Below are positions 32,201 through 43,747 of a DNA stretch of 64,000 nt, piece after piece. Each line of letters opens with the position of its first letter. Position 1 is the first letter of the stretch. Source of the stretch: Candidatus Eiseniibacteriota bacterium. Lineage in GTDB: Bacteria > Eisenbacteria > RBG-16-71-46. Position numbers and translations under genes: made by a program. A model generated the notes under the pieces. That model had not been told where the DNA came from, did not search any database, and saw nothing but the letters and a program-made list of their open reading frames with translations. The DNA is taken from the NCBI GenBank assembly GCA_963717935.1, contig CAVQXP010000004.1:1152001-1216000 (forward strand), written 5' to 3'.

Positions 32201-32685
32201 ACGCGAACCTGAGCTGGGTGACCGACGTCTACAATCCGCACCCGGTGCGCTCGCTCGGCTACAACCTGGGCCTGAACCTGGACAGCGGCGGGCTCAGGCG
32301 CACCTCGCCCGACCTGCCGGTCGAGCAGCAGCCGGCGGCGGGCTCTGGCGAGAACTGGTCGCTGGGCTTCGCCTACTCCTACTCGGGCGGCTATGCGTGG
32401 GACACGGAGTGGTCCAGCACGAAGACCGCGAACCTGGTGAGCCGCTACCAGTTGAGCCCGGCCTGGGCGTTCGAGTACGCCGCCTCCTTCGATCTCACGC
32501 GCCACAGCGTGCAGACCCAGCGTTTCGTGCTGTCGCGCGACCTGCATTGCTGGCAGGCGGTCTTCACCCGGCTGTTCGTGGCGGGCGGCGAGGCCGAGTA
32601 CTACTTCCGCATCGGCGTGAAGGACCAGAAGGAGATCTACCTGGAGCGCGGCACCCGCGTGGGCAGCCTCGGCGGGATCCAGTAG
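29200..32685 (+). CDS. lptD: LPS-assembly protein LptD with a long OstA/LptA-like N-terminal region
   Basis: Signal peptide; repeated beta-jellyroll segments; YTTC...PHY, R-SGFL-P, GYYWA, C-terminal RDLHCW. Confidence 0.8.
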   Translation: MRRLLVLLALAGLAFAAPRAWAADPPDEPPLNLTADNLTGSHGPEGDFVMLNGAVRMTRGRTVLTADAGRYYKVQGMLYLDGHVQMVDSVTTMTCDHASYSEAQDQLFVQGNVRLVDKDSEIRAPSGTYDRRSGRADLAGPVEGRDRKMVLYADRAVYLRDSAVVLARGHVRGVDQENKTELEARSVDYDRVRKVAVGTGDPVLRTRDDDSRVTELRALRLVVDTERRVAEAIDSVRISRDTLQARGDHALFDDVAQRGWVTGNPRAWDDQTRVSGDTLEFQTEKRAVKAVVVRSNAVMDYVGSRPNTLGEASRLTGDTATVYFTGGDIDSLVAVGKARNEYTGVPRAGKTSEQNEAAGDTITVFFRERKIDRAQIQGGARGTYRIAVDVGDTTAAKKEVVEYDARRIEFRVAESTIVLDTDAHLTYQDLELRARQVKYDIERQTLEAEGSPVLGDRGEQVKGGLMTYDLPSRVGTIYDAQTNYEKGLYLGQRIRKVGENELDVMNGTYTTCNGSKPHYRFSSHWMKIFLKDKLVAKPVVFYLGNVPLLALPFWVFPVKSGRHSGFLFPQFEFGLSNSAGQFIRNAGYYWAPNDYMDFTAAGDYYQAEPSWVLRGDGEYRLLYRLGGSFRGTFARNESPLNRTENWDFSADHSQEITPRTRLVARASFVSSKDYNSSNLYGRSLSQRLNRFLTSSLAISHNADWASINAVIDRRQDLDADESVIEANRNAIQPIGTAATLANLTESKPTLSIAFPTRAIGSLGLLKRTPLAKPLRTLYFGLNSQFISYTEQRAFVAGHTPFAADVMRDSITTLGQQRTTRRGLSNSIGLSDSRQLFGWLNFQPQLRANVVVFDFDEQGHTVVPASVWSSGVTMSTTFYGAFRPRILGLEGLRHVVSPNASLSYSPEFPGLTYVDSAGFRRNRFKSFSGVGISGFRQSRLNFSLDQRLQAKLKRGGNITRLDNLLSWSMGGSYDFLYRDHGLEHPLSNLSSGVLLQPPGYMNANLSWVTDVYNPHPVRSLGYNLGLNLDSGGLRRTSPDLPVEQQPAAGSGENWSLGFAYSYSGGYAWDTEWSSTKTANLVSRYQLSPAWAFEYAASFDLTRHSVQTQRFVLSRDLHCWQAVFTRLFVAGGEAEYYFRIGVKDQKEIYLERGTRVGSLGGIQ

Positions 32686-32758
32686 GACTTCCGCGCGCGA
32701 TCCCGCAGCCGAGCGGCGCATCCAACCATCAACGGCCGCGCCCTCACCTGTGGGAACC

Positions 32759-35121
<2,363 letters not shown>

Positions 35122-35125
<4 letters not shown>

Positions 35126-35283
35126 CGGGTCTCGGCCGCCTGATCGTGACCGTGCTCGGCCTGGGCCTGATCGTGGCCGTGAACCTGTACTTCTTCGCCC
35201 GGCCGCGGGACGGACGCCGGAAGCCGGTGATGCAGCCGGAGCGTGCCGGGGAGACCGGGGCGGGGCCCGCCGACCAGGCTTGA
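35122..35283 (+). CDS. Small single-TM protein coupled to copA
   Basis: ATGA overlap with the copA stop; [19 protein letters not shown]. Confidence 0.55.
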
Positions 35284-35332
35284 CCGGGCCGGGACAAGAA
35301 CCTCCTCCCCCCGCGCCAGCATCCAAGCAGCC

Positions 35333-35773
35333 ATGCGCCCGCCCGCCTTCCTCCTTCGTCGCGCCCTGACCGCGATCCTGGCGGTCAGCCCGCTCGTCGC
35401 GAGCGCCGACCTCTGCACCGTCGGCGCGCTCACGGGACGCGCGGAGCTGGCGTGCTCGATGGAGCCCGGCGCGCCCGCCTGCCGGGTGGCGCCTGCGCCG
35501 AAATGTTCGCACTGCGCTCCGGCAGCCCCGGCGCGCGAGACCGCGCGTTCGCACGGTCCGACCTGTTGCGACTTGCGCCCGCAGGCCGCGGCCGTGGCCG
35601 GGCAGCCGATGCTCGCCGCGCCGCTGCCGATCGCGCATCCCGCGGTGGTTTCGGCGGTCGTGGCCCCCGGCGTCGTCACGGCGTCAGCGGTCCGTGTTGC
35701 GCCCGACGACGGCCGCGCTCCTCCGGGCGACGTCCCGGCCCCCCTCTCTCCCCGCGCTCCTCCGCTCGCCTAG
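35333..35773 (+). CDS. Cys-rich exported leader peptide ending in RAPP (CruR/CutF/DUF2946-like arrest peptide)
   Basis: Signal-like N-terminus, 7 Cys including CSHC and CC, C-terminus GRAPPGDVPAPLSPRAPPLA-stop, upstream of cusCBA. Confidence 0.75.
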   Translation: MRPPAFLLRRALTAILAVSPLVASADLCTVGALTGRAELACSMEPGAPACRVAPAPKCSHCAPAAPARETARSHGPTCCDLRPQAAAVAGQPMLAAPLPIAHPAVVSAVVAPGVVTASAVRVAPDDGRAPPGDVPAPLSPRAPPLA

Positions 35774-35905
35774 TCTCCAGCCGTCCCCCGGGTCTCGACC
35801 TTCATCGGGCCCGGCCCGCGCGCATCCTGCGCTCGGGGTCCCTGCGGCCTTCGCGTGCCCTGCAGAGCGCAGCGCACCGCGGGGCCCGGCGAGAGGAGTG
35901 ACGTC

Positions 35906-37204
35906 ATGAGCCCACGTACGGCGCTGCTCGCCGTGCTGCTCGTCCTGGCCGGCGTCCGGCCGGCGCTGGCGCTCGAGCTCGAGAGCGCGCTGCGCGAGGA
36001 CGGGCGGATCGCGCCGTCTCCGGACGAGCTCGCCGCGCTGGCGCTCCAGCGCGCTCCCTCCCTGGCGGCGCTCGCGGCGCGCGTCCAGGAGGCGCGGGAG
36101 ATGGTGCGGCCGGCCGGGGCGCTTCCCAACCCGATGGTCGAGCTCATGATCCAGGACATCGGCTTCCCCAGGTGGACCGTCGGCGAAGAGGGCATGTCGA
36201 TGATCGGCCCGCAGGTCACCCAGGGCATCCCCTTCCCGGGCAAGCGCGGCGCCCGCCGGCGGGCCGCGCAGGCAGACGTCACCGTGAAGGCGAGCGAGCT
36301 CGAGCTGCTCCGGAGGGAGGTGGCCCTCGACATCCGGAGGCTCTGCGCCCGGCTCTATGCGCTCGACCAGGAACAGCAGGCGCTTTCCTCCGGACACGAG
36401 CTGCTCGAGATGCTGGCGGCCACGGTGCGGGAACGTTACAGCGCCGGCGTGGCGGAGCAGGAAGCCGCGATCAAGGCGCAACTCGCGGTATCGCGGCTGG
36501 ACGAGCGGCTGGACGACCTGGTCGCGGAACGCAGGGCCCTGGTGGCCTCCGTGAACCGGTACCTGGACCAGCCGGGCGACGCACCGCTCGGACGCGTGAC
36601 GACATTGCCCGAGCCAGGCGCGCCGCCCACGCCCTGGGAGGCCGTCGTCATGGAGAACTCCCCCGAGATCGTCCTGCGCCGGGCCGAAGTGCAGGCTGCG
36701 GAGCGCAGACTCCGGGTGGCCCGGCTGGAGCTCAGGCCCGACCTCCTCGTCGGCGCGGGTCTTGGCTTCCGGGGCGGCAAGGACCCGGCCGTCACGCTCC
36801 GGCTGGGCATGGACCTGCCCCTCTGGAGCGCGCAGCGGCAGATGCCCATGTTCCGCGCGGCTGGACAGGACCTCGAGGCGTCACGTCAGGTGCTGCGCGA
36901 CGCCGAAGCCCGGGCGCGGGCCGAGACGGCGCGTCTGGAGGCGGACTGGCGGAGAGCGGCCAGACAGGTGACGCGCTACGCGCAGGCCATCGTGCCCCGG
37001 AGCAGCCTGGCGCTCGATGCGGCGCGCTCCAGCTACCTCGTGGGCCGGGGTGACTTCTCCGCGGTCATCGAGGACTTCAACCTGTGGCTCGAGGCCCGGA
37101 CCGGGCTGGCCCGGCGCGAAGCCGAGCGCTTCACGACGTGGGCCGAGCTGCAGGCCATCATCGGCTCGAGCGGTCCCGGAGACGACGGCAGGAGGGGACG
37201 ATGA
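35906..37204 (+). CDS. TolC-family outer-membrane efflux protein (CusC/CzcC-like)
   Basis: GAGAGGAG RBS, signal peptide, LPNP, PFPGKR, two OEP-like halves. Confidence 0.85.
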   Translation: MSPRTALLAVLLVLAGVRPALALELESALREDGRIAPSPDELAALALQRAPSLAALAARVQEAREMVRPAGALPNPMVELMIQDIGFPRWTVGEEGMSMIGPQVTQGIPFPGKRGARRRAAQADVTVKASELELLRREVALDIRRLCARLYALDQEQQALSSGHELLEMLAATVRERYSAGVAEQEAAIKAQLAVSRLDERLDDLVAERRALVASVNRYLDQPGDAPLGRVTTLPEPGAPPTPWEAVVMENSPEIVLRRAEVQAAERRLRVARLELRPDLLVGAGLGFRGGKDPAVTLRLGMDLPLWSAQRQMPMFRAAGQDLEASRQVLRDAEARARAETARLEADWRRAARQVTRYAQAIVPRSSLALDAARSSYLVGRGDFSAVIEDFNLWLEARTGLARREAERFTTWAELQAIIGSSGPGDDGRRGR

Positions 37205-38679
37205 TCCATCTCGAACGAAGGACCCGGCGACGGAGGTTGTCGCTCGTCCCTCTCGCGGTCGGGCTCCTGGCGATCGGGCTCCTGGCGATCGGGACGCTGG
37301 CGGCCGGCTGCGGCAGGAACAGCGGCAGCGGCAAGACCGGCAGCCAGCAGCAGCAGCAGTACCACTGCCCCATGCATCCGACCTACGTGACCGACCGGCC
37401 GGGAGACTGCCCCATCTGCGGGATGAAGCTCGTGCCGATCGGACCGAAGGAGCCGAAGGTCCCTGCCGGGCCGTCCGCCCCGGCGGGCGCTGCGACCGCG
37501 GCCGCCGGGGCGCGCCGGATCCTCCACTACCGGAACCCGATGGACCCGTCGGTCACGTCGCCGGTGCCGATGAAGGACCCGATGGGGATGGACTACGTGC
37601 CGGTCTACTCGGACGAGGTGCCCGCGGGCGCCGGCGTGGAAGGCCATGCCCCGGTGGAAGTGAGTCCCGAGGAGTCGGGACTCGCCGGCCTTCGGACCAC
37701 CGTGGCCCGAAGGGGAACGCTGGCTCGCGCCATCCGCACGGTCGGTGAGGTCAAGGCCGACGAGACGCGGGTCAGCAAGGTGCACTCCAAGATCTCGGGG
37801 TGGGCCGAGCGGCTGTTCGTCAGCTTCACCGGCCAGGCCGTCCGCAAGGGCCAGCCGCTGCTGAGCATCTACTCCCCCGAACTGCTGGCGACCCAGGAGG
37901 AGTTCCTGCGCGCGCGCGAATCGGCGGCGCGGTTCGCGCAGAACGACATGCCCGAGGTGCGGCGTGGCGGCGCGGATCTGCTGGAGGCGGCGCGACGGCG
38001 GCTCCTGCTGTTCGACGTGCCGCAGAGCTTCATCGACACGCTGGAGAGGACGGGACAGCCGCAACGCGCGGTCACGCTCGAGGCCCCCGCCTCGGGCTTC
38101 GTCACCGCGAAGGACGTCTTCGCGGGCGCCCGGATCGAACCCGGTGTCACGCTGTTCACGATCACCGACCTGTCGAAGGTCTGGGTCGAGGGTGAGGTCT
38201 ACGAATACGAGGCCCCGCTCGTCCGGCTCGGACAGAAGGCCCGGGTCACGCTCGCCTACGACCCGTCGAGGGCATACACGGGACGGATCCGTTACATCTA
38301 CCCGTACCTGAACACGGACACCCGCACGCTTCGGGTCCGCTTCGAGTTCGACAACCCCGGCCTGGCCCTGAAGCCCGGCATGTACGTCGACGTCGAGCTC
38401 GACGCGCAGGTGGTCCAGGGCGTCCTGGTCCCCGAGGCGTCCATCCTGGACACCGGCCCCCGGCAGATCGTCTACGTGATGACGGGCGAGGGGCGCTACG
38501 AGCCGCGCGAGGTGACCATCGGGCTCCGGAGCGGCGGCACGGCGCAGGTCCTCTCGGGGGTGAAGGCGGGCGAGGTGGTCGTGGACCGGGCCAACTTCCT
38601 GCTCGATTCGGAGTCCCGCCTCCGGGCCGCCATCGGGCGCTCGGCCGTCGCCGACACCGCCGGAAGTGGCGCGCGATGA
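37201..38679 (+). CDS. cusB: RND periplasmic adaptor, CusB-like, with heavy-metal-binding domains
   Basis: YHCPMHP...CPICGMKLV, YRNPMDP...KDPMGMDY, V-KGQPL-IYSPEL, LKPGM, FLLDSES. Confidence 0.88.
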   Translation: MIHLERRTRRRRLSLVPLAVGLLAIGLLAIGTLAAGCGRNSGSGKTGSQQQQQYHCPMHPTYVTDRPGDCPICGMKLVPIGPKEPKVPAGPSAPAGAATAAAGARRILHYRNPMDPSVTSPVPMKDPMGMDYVPVYSDEVPAGAGVEGHAPVEVSPEESGLAGLRTTVARRGTLARAIRTVGEVKADETRVSKVHSKISGWAERLFVSFTGQAVRKGQPLLSIYSPELLATQEEFLRARESAARFAQNDMPEVRRGGADLLEAARRRLLLFDVPQSFIDTLERTGQPQRAVTLEAPASGFVTAKDVFAGARIEPGVTLFTITDLSKVWVEGEVYEYEAPLVRLGQKARVTLAYDPSRAYTGRIRYIYPYLNTDTRTLRVRFEFDNPGLALKPGMYVDVELDAQVVQGVLVPEASILDTGPRQIVYVMTGEGRYEPREVTIGLRSGGTAQVLSGVKAGEVVVDRANFLLDSESRLRAAIGRSAVADTAGSGAR

Positions 38680-41600
38680 TCCAGAAGATCATCGAGTTCT
38701 CGGCCCGGAACCGCCTGCTCGTGCTGCTGGGCGTGGCGGCGCTCTGCGTCTTCGCGTTCTACACCCTGAAGCAGATCCGGCTCGACGCGCTGCCCGATCT
38801 CTCCGACACCCAGGTCATCGTCTACTCGCGCTGGGACAGGTCCCCCGACATCATCGAGGATCAGGTCACCTATCCCGTCGTCACGGCGCTGCTGGGGGCG
38901 CCTCGCGTCAAGGCGGTTCGCGGCTTCTCGGACTTCGGCTACTCCTTCGTCTACGTGATCTTCCAGGATGGCACCGATCTCTACTGGGCGCGCTCCCGGG
39001 TTCTGGAGTACCTGTCCAAGATCCAGGCGCGGCTCCCGGAGGGCGTGCACACCGAACTCGGGCCGGACGCGACGGGGGTGGGCTGGGTCTTCCAGTACGC
39101 CCTGGTCGACCGTTCCGGCAAGCACTCGCTCGACCAGCTCCGCTCGTACCAGGACTGGACGCTCCGCTACGCGCTCCAGATGGTGCCCGGTGTCGCCGAG
39201 GTGGCCTCCATCGGCGGCTACGTCAAGCAGTATCAGATCACCGTGGACCCCGACCGGCTCGCCGCGTTCGGCCTGCCACTCTCCACCGTGGTCGAGGCCA
39301 TCCGGAACTCCAACAGCGAGGTCGGCGGCCGGCTCATCGAGTGGAGCGGCACGGAGTACATGGTGCGGGGCCGCGGCTACTCGAAGAGCGTCGAGGACTT
39401 CGGAAGCATCGTCGTGAAGACCGGCGAGGGTGGCGTGCCGGTGCTCCTGAGGGACGTGGCGCGGGTCGGCCTGGGTCCCGAGATCCGCCGCGGCGTGTCC
39501 GACCTGGATGGGATGGGCGATCACGTCGGCGGCATCGTGGTCATGCGCCACGGTGAGAACGCCCTGAACGTGATCAAGCGGGTCAAGGAGAGGCTCCACG
39601 ATCTCGGGCCGTCGCTTCCCGCAGGGGTGGAGATCGTCACCACCTACGACCGGGCGGACCTCGTCACCCGGGCCATCGGGACGCTGAAGCACGAGCTGTC
39701 GATCGAGATGATCATCGTCTCGCTGGTCATCCTGCTCTTTCTCTGGCACATCCCGTCGGCCATCGTGCCCATCCTGACCATCCCCATCGCGGTGCTCCTG
39801 TCCTTCATCCCGCTCTTCTACTTCGGCGTCTCCGTCAACATCATGTCCCTGGCCGGCATCGCGATCTCGATCGGCGTGCTGGTGGACGGGGCCATCGTCG
39901 AGGTGGAGAACGCCTACAACAAGCTCCATCTCTGGAACGCCGGCGGCCGGAAGGGCGACTTCCACGCCGTCCGGCTCGAGGCGCTCAAGGAGGTGGGGCC
40001 GGCGGTCTTCTTCTCGCTGCTGGTCGTCGCGGTGTCGTTCCTTCCCATCTTCGCCCTGGTGGACCAGGAAGGGCGGCTGTTCAAGCCGCTGGCCTACTCG
40101 AAGAACCTGACCATGGCGCTGGCGGCGTTCCTGGCCATCACCCTCGATCCGGCCATGCGGATGATGTTCACCCGCATGGACCCGTTCGTCTTCAAGCCCC
40201 GATTCCTGGCCCGGCTCGCCAGCCACGCCTTCGTGGGCACCTACCATTCCGAGGAGAAGCACCCCATCAGTCGCGCCATCTCCAGGGTGTACGACCCCGC
40301 CTGCCGCTGGGTCCTGCGGCGCCCCCGGACGACCATCCTGATCGCCGTCGCGATCGTCGCCGTGAGCATCCCCGCCTATTTCAGGCTCGGCTCGGAGTTC
40401 ATGCCCCCGCTCAACGAAGGCACGATCCTCTACATGCCGACGACCCTGCCCGGGATCGCGGTGGCCGAGGCCCAGGCGCTCCTGCAGACCCAGGACCGGG
40501 TCCTCAAGTCGTTCCCCGAGGTGGAACGGGTCTTCGGCAAGGCGGGCCGCGCCGAGACCTCCACCGACCCCGCGCCCTTCTCGATGATGGAGACGACGGT
40601 GATCCTGAAGCCGCCGCAGGAGTGGCGTGGCAAGGAACGCTGGTATTCCTCCTGGGCGCCCGGCTGGCTCAGGGGATTCCTCCGCCCCATCTGGCCCGAC
40701 CGGATCTCGTGGGATGAGCTGGTCGAGGAGATGGACCGGAAGCTGCAGATCCCGGGCGTGACCAACGCCTGGACCATGCCGATCAAGGCCCGCACCGACA
40801 TGCTGACGACCGGGGTCCGCACCCCGATCGGGATCAAGATCTTCGGCTCGGATCTCGGGGAGATCGAGAAGCTGGGTGGCCAGCTCGAGGGCCTGATGCG
40901 GCAGGTGCCCGGCACCCGCAGCGTCTACGCCGAGCGGGTGACCGGCGGCTACTTCCTCGACTTCGAGCCCCGGCGGGACCGGCTCGCCCGCTACGGGCTC
41001 ACCATCGCGGATGTCCAGAGGGTGCTCATGTCGGCCGTGGGCGGCGAGAACGTGACCACCACCATCGAGGGCCGTGAACGCTACCCGGTCAACGTGCGCT
41101 ACCCCCGGGAGCTCCGGGACAACGTGGACCGTCTGCGAAGGGTCCTGGTGAAGACCCCCGCGGGACCGCAGGTGCCGCTGGCCCAGCTCGCCGACATCGA
41201 GCTGGTCAGCGGGCCGGCGATGATCCGGGACGAGAACGGCTTCATGGCGGGCTACGTCTACGTGGACATGACCGGCCGGGACATCGGCGGCTACGTGAAG
41301 GAGGCCAGGAAGCTCGTCCGGGAGAAGCTGACTCTGCCCCCCGGCTATGCGCTGCAGTGGAGCGGCCAGTACGAGAACATGATCCGCGTGAGCCGACGGC
41401 TCAAGGTCGTCGTGCCCATCACGCTGGTGCTGATCTTCGTACTGCTGTTCGCCAACACCCGCTCGGCGTTCAAGACGCTGGTCGTGATGCTGGCCGTGCC
41501 GTTCTCCGCCGTGGGCGCCATCTGGCTCTTCCACTTCCTGGGCTACAACGTGTCCATCGCGGCGTGGGTGGGGATGATCGCGCTCCTGGGCCTGGATGCG

Positions 41601-41930
41601 GAGACGGGCGTGTTCATGCTGCTCTTCCTGGACCTCTCCTACGACGAGTACCGCAGGAAAGGGCTGCTGCGGACCCTGGCCGATCTGGACGAGGCCATCC
41701 TGCACGGGGCGGTCAAGCGGGCGCGACCCAAGATGATGACCGTCTTCGCCGCCTTCATGGGCCTGCTCCCCATCATGTGGTCGACGTCGGCCGGGGCGGA
41801 CGTGATGAAGCGGATCGCCGCGCCCATGATCGGCGGCCTGGTCACGTCGTTCCTGCTCGAGCTGCTGGTCTACCCGGCGATCTACAAGCTCTGGAAGCTG
41901 AGGACGGAACTGAAGGGGCTCACCCCATGA
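38676..41930 (+). CDS. cusA: CusA/CzcA heavy-metal RND efflux transporter
   Basis: DALPDLSD-QV, ELGPDATGVGW, MSLAGIAI-IG-VDGAIV-VEN, EFMPPL-EG, MKRIAAPM-GG. Confidence 0.93.
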   Translation: MIQKIIEFSARNRLLVLLGVAALCVFAFYTLKQIRLDALPDLSDTQVIVYSRWDRSPDIIEDQVTYPVVTALLGAPRVKAVRGFSDFGYSFVYVIFQDGTDLYWARSRVLEYLSKIQARLPEGVHTELGPDATGVGWVFQYALVDRSGKHSLDQLRSYQDWTLRYALQMVPGVAEVASIGGYVKQYQITVDPDRLAAFGLPLSTVVEAIRNSNSEVGGRLIEWSGTEYMVRGRGYSKSVEDFGSIVVKTGEGGVPVLLRDVARVGLGPEIRRGVSDLDGMGDHVGGIVVMRHGENALNVIKRVKERLHDLGPSLPAGVEIVTTYDRADLVTRAIGTLKHELSIEMIIVSLVILLFLWHIPSAIVPILTIPIAVLLSFIPLFYFGVSVNIMSLAGIAISIGVLVDGAIVEVENAYNKLHLWNAGGRKGDFHAVRLEALKEVGPAVFFSLLVVAVSFLPIFALVDQEGRLFKPLAYSKNLTMALAAFLAITLDPAMRMMFTRMDPFVFKPRFLARLASHAFVGTYHSEEKHPISRAISRVYDPACRWVLRRPRTTILIAVAIVAVSIPAYFRLGSEFMPPLNEGTILYMPTTLPGIAVAEAQALLQTQDRVLKSFPEVERVFGKAGRAETSTDPAPFSMMETTVILKPPQEWRGKERWYSSWAPGWLRGFLRPIWPDRISWDELVEEMDRKLQIPGVTNAWTMPIKARTDMLTTGVRTPIGIKIFGSDLGEIEKLGGQLEGLMRQVPGTRSVYAERVTGGYFLDFEPRRDRLARYGLTIADVQRVLMSAVGGENVTTTIEGRERYPVNVRYPRELRDNVDRLRRVLVKTPAGPQVPLAQLADIELVSGPAMIRDENGFMAGYVYVDMTGRDIGGYVKEARKLVREKLTLPPGYALQWSGQYENMIRVSRRLKVVVPITLVLIFVLLFANTRSAFKTLVVMLAVPFSAVGAIWLFHFLGYNVSIAAWVGMIALLGLDAETGVFMLLFLDLSYDEYRRKGLLRTLADLDEAILHGAVKRARPKMMTVFAAFMGLLPIMWSTSAGADVMKRIAAPMIGGLVTSFLLELLVYPAIYKLWKLRTELKGLTP

Positions 41931-41946
41931 TCCGAGGAGGGAAATC

Positions 41947-42291
41947 ATGAAGATGAACACGAGGACCTTGGCGACGGCCGCGTTGCTGATGCTGGCGGTG
42001 GGTTGCTCGAGCGCGGGTGCGGCCCGCGAACAGCGTGTGAAGATCGCGGTGACCGAGAAGGGCTTCGAGCCGGCCTCCGTGACGGTGCAGTCGGGCCGGC
42101 CCGTCACGCTGCTCGTCACGCGCCGGACCGATCACACCTGCGCGACCGGGCTCGTGCTCAAGACGCACGGCATCGACCAGAAGCTGCCACTGGGGAAGAC
42201 GGTGGCCATCCGCTTCACGCCCGAGCGGCCCGGCGAGCTGACCTATGCCTGCCCGATGGACATGTACCACGGGAAGATCGTGGTGCGGTGA
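41947..42291 (+). CDS. Exported cupredoxin-domain protein (possible lipoprotein)
   Basis: GAGGAGG RBS, LAVGC, GFEP-V-V-G-PV-L...C...YACPMDMYHG. Confidence 0.8.
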   Translation: MKMNTRTLATAALLMLAVGCSSAGAAREQRVKIAVTEKGFEPASVTVQSGRPVTLLVTRRTDHTCATGLVLKTHGIDQKLPLGKTVAIRFTPERPGELTYACPMDMYHGKIVVR

Positions 42292-42334
42292 CCCGGTCTG
42301 CCACCCCGGCCGGGCGAGCCGGCCGGAAAACGAG

Positions 42335-42371
42335 CCACCCCGCTCGCCTCACGGTGAGCGGGGTGGATTTT
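42335..42371 (+). terminator. Intrinsic terminator of the copper operon
   Basis: ccaccccgctcgcc-tcac-ggtgagcggggtgg followed by atttt. Confidence 0.65.
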
Positions 42372-42671
42372 CGGGAGAGGCATCCAAGGTCTCGGGGGCC
42401 GCACCCAAGGGTCCTCAGACACTCTCTCCCAAACCTATGCCTTCCCCCGTGCTTTCCGATGCCGGGATGTCCGGTAGGATTCGGGGGATTCGGGGAGGCC
42501 GGAGGCCGGGCCCGAGGCACGCGGCCCGGCAGGTGATGCAGGCCCGCGCATCCGGCGGGTTCCGAGGTCGAGTCCGCTGGCTCCCGCGCCGCGCCGGGAG
42601 TATCGTCGCGGCAAGTTGCCTGGCCGCCAGCGTGCGCTGGCCCGAGACGGACGCCTCCAAGGAAGGACTTC

Positions 42672-43709
42672 ATGAGCGTTCTGCGCCGCGACCCCACCAC
42701 GAATCGCTGGGTGATCTTCGGAGATCCGCCCCCCCCGGTCCGCACGCCGGGAGATTTCTGCCCCTTCTGCGCGGGACACGAGTCCATGACGCCGCCCGAG
42801 ATCGTCGCCTGGGGCCGGCCCGACGGCCGCCCCGACGTGCCGGGCTGGCAGGTTCGCGTGGTGCCCAACGCGCGCCCGCTCCTGCACATCGAGAGCGCGC
42901 TCGAGCGCCACGCCGACCTGATCTACGACACGACCTCCGGCACCGGCGCGCACGAGATCGTGATCGAGACGCCGGAGCACCATCGCAGCCTTGTCGCGCT
43001 GCCGAAGGCGCAGGTCGCGCTGGTGCTGAAGGCCTGGGCGGAGCGCATCCGCGATCTCAAGAAGGATCCGCGCTTCCGCTCCATCTTCGTCTTCAAGAAC
43101 CAGGGGGCGCGGGCCGGGGCGTGGCTGCCCGACCACGCGCACTCGCAGGTCATGGGTCTGCCCGTGACGCCGAAGGCGCTCAAGGAGATCCTCGACGTCG
43201 CGCGCGCGCACTACCGCGACAAGGAGCGCTGCGTCTTCTGCGACATCCTGCGCGAGGAGCTGGAACACGGCCAGCGCCTGGTGCAGGTCACCGAGCACTT
43301 CGTGGCGCTGGCGCCCTACGCCTCACGCTACCCCTACGAGTACTGGATCCTGCCGCGGGAGCACTCCGCGGATTACGAGACCACCGAGCCCGCTCTGCTC
43401 GACGACCTGGCGGGGGTGCTGCTGACATCGCTGGCGCGGCTCGAGGACATCCTGCCCGAGCCGGCCTACAACCTGTTCCTCTACAGCAGCCCGAACCGCG
43501 ACGCGCGCAAGGCGTACTGGACCACGCTGGCTCAGGACTTCCACTGGCACATCGCGGTGATGCCGCGGCTGGTGCAGATGGCGGGCTTCGAGGTGGGCAG
43601 TGGTCTCTACGCGAACCCGGTGCTGCCCGAGGACGCGGCGCGCATACTGCGCCCCGAGACGCCCAGGGTGGACGACGAGGAGAGCCCGGCCACGCCTCCG
43701 CTGCCCTGA
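42672..43709 (+). CDS. galT: Galactose-1-phosphate uridylyltransferase family protein
   Basis: LR-DP...WVI, CPFC-G-E, G-HE-VIE, FKN-G-AGA, HAHSQ, CVFC, AGFE-GSG. Confidence 0.85.
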   Translation: MSVLRRDPTTNRWVIFGDPPPPVRTPGDFCPFCAGHESMTPPEIVAWGRPDGRPDVPGWQVRVVPNARPLLHIESALERHADLIYDTTSGTGAHEIVIETPEHHRSLVALPKAQVALVLKAWAERIRDLKKDPRFRSIFVFKNQGARAGAWLPDHAHSQVMGLPVTPKALKEILDVARAHYRDKERCVFCDILREELEHGQRLVQVTEHFVALAPYASRYPYEYWILPREHSADYETTEPALLDDLAGVLLTSLARLEDILPEPAYNLFLYSSPNRDARKAYWTTLAQDFHWHIAVMPRLVQMAGFEVGSGLYANPVLPEDAARILRPETPRVDDEESPATPPLP

Positions 43710-43747
43710 GGACGCTGACTCATCCGCACGGGGGCCCGGCCTGGCTC

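Noticed and set aside
37258..37360. Short tandem repeats (ATCGGGCTCCTGGCG-like units and a CAG run) in the cusB 5' region
   Set aside because: In-frame coding micro-repeats (GLLAI, poly-Q); no spacers or cas genes, so not CRISPR and not an evident phase-variation tract.
42372..42670. Possible ncRNA or mobile-element scar between the copper operon and galT
   Set aside because: Only imperfect hairpins (e.g. gggagag...ctctccc); no terminal repeats, target duplication or recognisable RNA family.
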